Of a DNA stretch of 11,893 nt, positions 7,711-11,893 are shown in pieces. The notes under the pieces were generated by a model. That model was not told the origin of the DNA and searched no databases. It was given only the letters and a program-made list of their open reading frames with translations. Positions within the stretch are counted from its first letter, which is position 1, and each line of letters begins with the position of its first letter. This DNA comes from Promethearchaeota archaeon (GTDB lineage Archaea; Asgardarchaeota; Lokiarchaeia; Sigyniarchaeales; SOKP01), in the NCBI GenBank assembly GCA_018238625.1, contig JABCSY010000117.1, positions 1-11,893 on the forward strand. Direction: 5' to 3'. The position numbers and the translations under genes are program-made.

Positions 7711-8976
7711 TCACACTTCAAAAACCCATTCTCCATTTCGCATTATTGGTTCTGTGGTTCCATCTTCTAACACTCCATCTACACTCATCTCTCCTGAGCC
7801 GATCATAAGATCAAGATGGATAGAGCTATTATTGCCTCCAGCAGCCATAAATTCTTCATCAGTAAGTGCTTTACCATTTTTCAACGAATTTCTGTAAGCT
7901 TGGCCTATTGCAATATGATTTGAAGCATTTTCATCAAGTAAAATATTATAAAAAAGCAATCCTGTCTGTGATATAGGAGAACTATGGGGCACTAAAGCTA
8001 CCTCCCCTAATCTTCGAGCTCCTTCATCGATATTAATTAGTTTATCTATAACATCATCACCAACCGTAGCATTTGCCTCAATTATATGCCCCTTAGAAAA
8101 CTTAAAAATACAACCCTCGATAACTTGTCCTTGAATTAAAACTGGTCTAGTAGTTTTAACAACCCCATCAACTTGATCTTTATCTGGGAGCGTAAAAATT
8201 TCTTCTGTAGGTAAGTTTGCTGTAAAATCAATCCCATTCTGTGATGTTACACCTCCACCATCCCAGACATGGTCCTTAGGCAACCCGACTGTAAGATCTG
8301 TTTCTGGAGAAGTTAGTTTTAGTGCTTTATATTGCTTCTGATTTAAATAATTACATCGCTTTTTGAGGTTTTCATTATGATTTTGCCAAGCAGAAATTGG
8401 ATTTTCTTCAGTTATTCGACAAATTTCGAATATGATATCCCACAATTTCTGGACTCGTTCATTCGAAGGAATGTGTGGAAGTATTTTGTCTGCCCAAGCC
8501 TTGTTTGGCGTTGAAATGATTAACCAGTTTGAAGCAAATTGACTAACAAGATCTGAAACAGGTCTGAGATGCTTAATCATGAAGAGTGAAAATTTTAAAA
8601 TCACGCTGAGGTCCACATCTTTCAGTAAATCAGGATTCGGGCTCATAATGCCAAGACTCGCATCTCCTGCTTTAAGATTCTCGAGTCTCGCATCTATTTT
8701 CCATTTTGGATATTCTCTAAGCGATTTTTTAGGACCGTATTGAAATCGAATCAAGCGCATTCGCTCATCTGCCCATACCACATCAACTAATCTTGCTCCC
8801 ATTTGATATGCTTTTTTCGCAATTATTCGTACCAACGGAGCTGTTCCAAAAGATATACCATCACCGGTAATAGAAGGCCCTCCAATAAGTAAACGCTGTT
8901 TAGGTTGGAGATTTAAACCTACCTTTAATATAACTTCTGCATATTTCTCTAAATTTCGTTCAAAGTCGGATGACAT
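7711..8976 (-). CDS. ampS: Aminopeptidase, M29 family (AmpS/AmpT/PepS, aminopeptidase II)
   Basis: LEKYAEVILKVGLNLQ, TDLTVGLP, ANLPTEEIFTLP, GARRLGEVALVP, NILLDENASNHIAIGQAY, NNSSIHLDLMIG, IMRNGEW. The Glu/His/Asp metal ligands and catalytic Tyr appear intact. GGTGG RBS at 8984-8988 on the - strand. Confidence 0.93.
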   Translation of the reverse strand: MSSDFERNLEKYAEVILKVGLNLQPKQRLLIGGPSITGDGISFGTAPLVRIIAKKAYQMGARLVDVVWADERMRLIRFQYGPKKSLREYPKWKIDARLENLKAGDASLGIMSPNPDLLKDVDLSVILKFSLFMIKHLRPVSDLVSQFASNWLIISTPNKAWADKILPHIPSNERVQKLWDIIFEICRITEENPISAWQNHNENLKKRCNYLNQKQYKALKLTSPETDLTVGLPKDHVWDGGGVTSQNGIDFTANLPTEEIFTLPDKDQVDGVVKTTRPVLIQGQVIEGCIFKFSKGHIIEANATVGDDVIDKLINIDEGARRLGEVALVPHSSPISQTGLLFYNILLDENASNHIAIGQAYRNSLKNGKALTDEEFMAAGGNNSSIHLDLMIGSGEMSVDGVLEDGTTEPIMRNGEWVFEV

Positions 8977-9173
8977 TACATTTCCACCAAATCTGTAAAT
9001 ATTTTTTATAGTAGTTGATAATTACGTTAAATTTCTTTATATATGTTTTGCATTGCTATCCAATAAAATGGCTATTGATTCTAAATAATAACTAATGCTA
9101 ATATGAAAAAGATTTAAGATTCTTTTTGAATTTCTAAACATACTCTATTAATATATGATATTAGAAGAATATC

Positions 9174-10394
9174 ATGAAATTATTTTCCTTATTAATCAAA
9201 CCCGCCTCGGCAGATTGTAACCTAAGATGTGAATACTGTTTTTACATAGATCATCTTGAAAATGGAAGCAATAGCCCTCGAATGACTGATGAGACGTTAG
9301 AAATCATGATAAAAACTTATATGAGTACGGATCAGGAGGGACGATATGCTTTCGGATGGCAAGGTGGAGAACCTACTTTAATGGGCCTAGATTTCTTTAA
9401 GAAGGTCGTAGAATTCCAAATAAAATACGCTCCACCGGGTTCTTCAATTAGTAATGGAATTCAAACCAACGCTACTTTAATAACGGAGGAAATGGCTAAG
9501 TTTTTTGGAGAATACAAATTTCTTGTGGGAGTTAGTTTAGATGGACCAGATTATCTTCACGATTACTATAGGAAAACCATTGGTAAGAAGCCGACCCATG
9601 CGCTAGTGAAGCGCGGTATAGAGCGTCTCAAGCAACATGGTGTAGAATTTAATATATTAACATTAATTAACAACCAGACCGTAAAAAAAGCTAAAGAGAT
9701 CTATCGTTACCATTGTGATAATGGCTTTTTTTTCCATCAATATATCCCCTGTGTTGAATTTGATGAGGATGGTAATCTTAAGTCATATTCTATTAATGGA
9801 GAAGATTGGGGTAGATTTCTCTCTGATTTATTCGAGGAATGGATAAAAGAAGATGTTAACCGGGTTTCTATTCGTTTATTCGACTCAATTATGGAATATT
9901 TAGTCTACGGACGCTATAATGTTTGTTATATGGGAAAAAGTTGCGTTCAATATTTTGTTGTTGAATACGACGGTAGCGTATATCCGTGTGACTTTTTTGT
10001 ACGCGATGACCTATTATTAGGAAACGTTAAAGCCGATTCATGGGAAAGTCTTTTATTATCTAAGAAATATCAAAACTTTGGAAATAAAAAAGCAAATTGG
10101 AATAAAAAATGCGATTCATGCCCTTATCTTAAATTATGTCATGGAGATTGCCAAAAATTTCGCTTTGGCGCGCCTAACTTTTCAAAAGAGTTAAGCGTTC
10201 TATGCAAAGGTTGGAAGATGTTTTATTCTCGTACATTACCTCGTTTTAAAAGTGTGGCAGAAAACTTTAAATCTGGGCACCAAATTAACGCTCCCACGCC
10301 CTTTAAAACAAAAAAGATTGGAAGAAACGAGCCGTGTTCATGCGGTAGCGGAAAAAAGTATAAATATTGTTGCGGAAATAGAGGTTTACCTTAG
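9174..10394 (+). CDS. Anaerobic sulfatase maturase (anSME/ChuR/AslB-like radical SAM/SPASM protein) with C-terminal SEC-C motif
   Basis: [19 protein letters not shown] (CxxxCxxC), [30 protein letters not shown]; SPASM cysteines [20 protein letters not shown]-x5-CHGDC, LC; SEC-C tail [20 protein letters not shown]. Confidence 0.92.
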   Translation: MKLFSLLIKPASADCNLRCEYCFYIDHLENGSNSPRMTDETLEIMIKTYMSTDQEGRYAFGWQGGEPTLMGLDFFKKVVEFQIKYAPPGSSISNGIQTNATLITEEMAKFFGEYKFLVGVSLDGPDYLHDYYRKTIGKKPTHALVKRGIERLKQHGVEFNILTLINNQTVKKAKEIYRYHCDNGFFFHQYIPCVEFDEDGNLKSYSINGEDWGRFLSDLFEEWIKEDVNRVSIRLFDSIMEYLVYGRYNVCYMGKSCVQYFVVEYDGSVYPCDFFVRDDLLLGNVKADSWESLLLSKKYQNFGNKKANWNKKCDSCPYLKLCHGDCQKFRFGAPNFSKELSVLCKGWKMFYSRTLPRFKSVAENFKSGHQINAPTPFKTKKIGRNEPCSCGSGKKYKYCCGNRGLP

Positions 10395-10430
10395 TTTATC
10401 TTCCTAATTATTCATTTAGTAATGAATTAC

Positions 10431-10446
10431 AAAAAAATATATATAA
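10431..10446 (+). promoter_or_regulatory. Putative archaeal BRE/TATA promoter of vapBC (leaderless)
   Basis: A-run followed by TATATATAA ending about 20 nt before the ATG at 10467. No SD before that ATG. Confidence 0.45.
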
Positions 10447-10466
10447 TTTATAGATATTATTCTATT

Positions 10467-10691
10467 ATGGTAAATAAAACTATTTCATTACCCCTTGAAA
10501 CATATGATAAGTTACGTAAAGAAAAGCGGAAAGGGGAATCTTTTGCTGATCTAATTAACAGATTGCTAAAAAGAACGAAATCTAAAACAAAGTTGTTGGA
10601 GGATTTAGCTGGAGTTTTCAAAGATGATGATGAATGGGATGGAATCATTGAAGAAATCTACGAAGATAGAAAAAGACCAGCGAGAATTTAA
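10467..10691 (+). CDS. vapB: Archaeal-type VapB antitoxin (DUF217/VAPB_antitox-like); true start probably ATG 10467 rather than 10422
   Basis: MVNKTISLPLETYDKLRKEKRKGESFADLINRLL fits the KTI...Y..L...K..GESFSD.I.RL family pattern, followed by an acidic C-terminus (LAGVFKDDDEWD). It lies directly upstream of a PIN toxin gene. Confidence 0.88.
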   Translation: MVNKTISLPLETYDKLRKEKRKGESFADLINRLLKRTKSKTKLLEDLAGVFKDDDEWDGIIEEIYEDRKRPARI

Positions 10692-10702
10692 GGTGATTGA
10701 AG

Positions 10703-11110
10703 ATGGTTGTATTAGATACGGATGTATTAATTTTTTATCTCAGAGGTAAGAATGAAAGCTATTTGAAGATTAAAAATCTTAAAAAAAAAGAGGAATCTTT
10801 GAATACAACAATATTTAACGTAGCTGAATTATTTAAAGGCTGTTATTCCATGAAAAATGTCGCAAAGGGATTAATAAAGGTGAAATCTGTAGTTGAAGCT
10901 TTAGATGATATCTATTTATTTGATAACAATTCTGCTGATGAATATGCCAAAATATCTTCAGATCTCAAAAATAGAGGGCAACCTATTGGAGTAATGGATG
11001 AATTAATCGCTAGTATATGCATAACACATCAAGAAACATTATATTCAGGAAATATCAAACACTTTGAGCGAATAGAAGATCTTAATATAAAAGATTGGAA
11101 TAAAACTTAG
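10703..11110 (+). CDS. vapC: VapC PIN-domain ribonuclease toxin; start probably ATG 10703
   Basis: VVLDTDVLI, NVAELFKG, GQPIGVMDELIASI, LYSGNIKHFERI carry the PIN acidic residues. AGGTGA RBS at 10691-10696 overlaps the vapB stop and is 6 nt before the ATG. Confidence 0.92.
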   Translation: MVVLDTDVLIFYLRGKNESYLKIKNLKKKEESLNTTIFNVAELFKGCYSMKNVAKGLIKVKSVVEALDDIYLFDNNSADEYAKISSDLKNRGQPIGVMDELIASICITHQETLYSGNIKHFERIEDLNIKDWNKT

Positions 11111-11280
11111 AGATTTTTATGATTTGGTTCTATTACCTTGTTTTAAAAAATAGAGATCCAAAAATAAATTTATTAACCATGGGTATTTATAAGAGTAAGG
11201 TTGATCATATAGGAACTATTGAGATTTATATTCCCCTCCCTAATAAAATTTAGTTTCTAGAAGATGAGATGTGAAATATC

Positions 11281-11892
11281 TTGTATTGTCATTATTGTGG
11301 TAATGAAATCAATAGCTTCCCTTTTAGATATAAATACTGTGGTTATCAATTTTGCCCAATTCACCATTTACCCGAATTACATGAATGTACCAAAGAATTA
11401 ATAATCGAATCATCATTGAAAATAGAAAGCCTTAAGAAAAAGCAGATACCGTTAAGCTTATCCAAGAAAAAAATAAATTTAAAGAATAGGACTATATTGT
11501 TTTTGATGTTTATTTCAATTTTATCCATTCTTGATGATAGCTGCTTAACATTGCGCAATTCTACAAATGCTCTAACAATAAAAACACTCATTTTTGAAGA
11601 TGGGTTTTTCAGGCCAAATACTGTTGTCTTAGACGAAAAAGGTGTTAACTTTAATAATTCTTGTCCCAGAGATCGAGATTTCTATGAGCATTTGGTTATA
11701 GACCAGAAGAGATTTCATATTTTTCTCAATGAAGAAAAATCGAAAATATCTAAACCTAAAGGAAGATTTCCATTATCACCAAGTCATATTTTGGGTATAG
11801 TGAGACATCCCAAAAAGATACTAACAATCTATTCCGGATTAAAATTATATCTTCAGAATAGCTTCTATCAAAGAAAAGAGATGGAAGATTAT
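11281..11892 (+). CDS. AN1-type zinc finger protein with hydrophobic segment, 3'-truncated (absent from the ORF track)
   Basis: 204 sense codons from TTG 11281 to the window end with no stop. It begins MYCHYCGNEINSFPFRYKYCGYQFCPIHHLPELHEC (AN1-like) and later reads KKKINLKNRT-ILFLMFISILSIL. SD-like GATGTGA at 11268-11274, whose in-frame TGA fixes the 5' limit. Confidence 0.78.
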   Translation, partial: MYCHYCGNEINSFPFRYKYCGYQFCPIHHLPELHECTKELIIESSLKIESLKKKQIPLSLSKKKINLKNRTILFLMFISILSILDDSCLTLRNSTNALTIKTLIFEDGFFRPNTVVLDEKGVNFNNSCPRDRDFYEHLVIDQKRFHIFLNEEKSKISKPKGRFPLSPSHILGIVRHPKKILTIYSGLKLYLQNSFYQRKEMEDY

Positions 11893-11893
11893 G

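Noticed and set aside
10457-10648. 63-aa minus-strand ORF
   Set aside because: Antisense shadow of vapB.
11269-11280. In-frame ATG-TGA before the AN1 gene as possible selenocysteine readthrough
   Set aside because: The bases coincide with the SD-like GATGTGA at normal spacing from the TTG, the position is not a metal-ligand site, and I saw no SECIS-like structure.
11361-11591. Minus-strand ORF starting MSVFIVRAFVELR, reminiscent of the end of phage ORF6N domains
   Set aside because: The upstream in-frame sequence lacks the PYAFTExG motif, and the ORF is antisense to a longer open frame carrying an AN1 finger. Probably coincidence; an ORF6N HMM search would settle it.
1-11893. tRNA/rRNA genes, CRISPR arrays, IS elements
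   Set aside because: Intergenic gaps are short and AT-rich, with no cloverleaf, spaced repeats, terminal inverted repeats or transposase motifs seen.

Overview
AT-rich window that looks archaeal: GGTGA/GAGGT-type ribosome-binding sites, TATA-like boxes about 25 nt before several starts, oligo-T terminators, an archaeal-type VapB and an AN1 zinc finger. Gene content is compatible with an anaerobic Asgard/Lokiarchaeia-like organism, which is an inference. In order it contains: the 3' part of a SudA/NfnB (GltD-like) flavoprotein; a convergent compact reductive-dehalogenase-like 2x[4Fe-4S] protein without a Tat signal; a divergent 1202-aa Snf2 ATPase with full RapA/HepA-like architecture plus an extra N-terminal Cys4 zinc ribbon; a two-TM protein with a possible bacterial-type PH domain; a divergent class III aminotransferase; an M29 aminopeptidase; an anaerobic sulfatase maturase with a SEC-C tail; a vapBC toxin-antitoxin pair; and a 3'-truncated gene missing from the ORF track that encodes a degenerate AN1 zinc finger followed by a hydrophobic segment. 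I saw no RNA genes, CRISPR arrays or transposases. The best candidates for new biology are the zinc-ribbon RapA-like ATPase, the minimal RdhA-like enzyme and the AN1-finger protein. All family assignments come from motif recognition by eye, not database searches.
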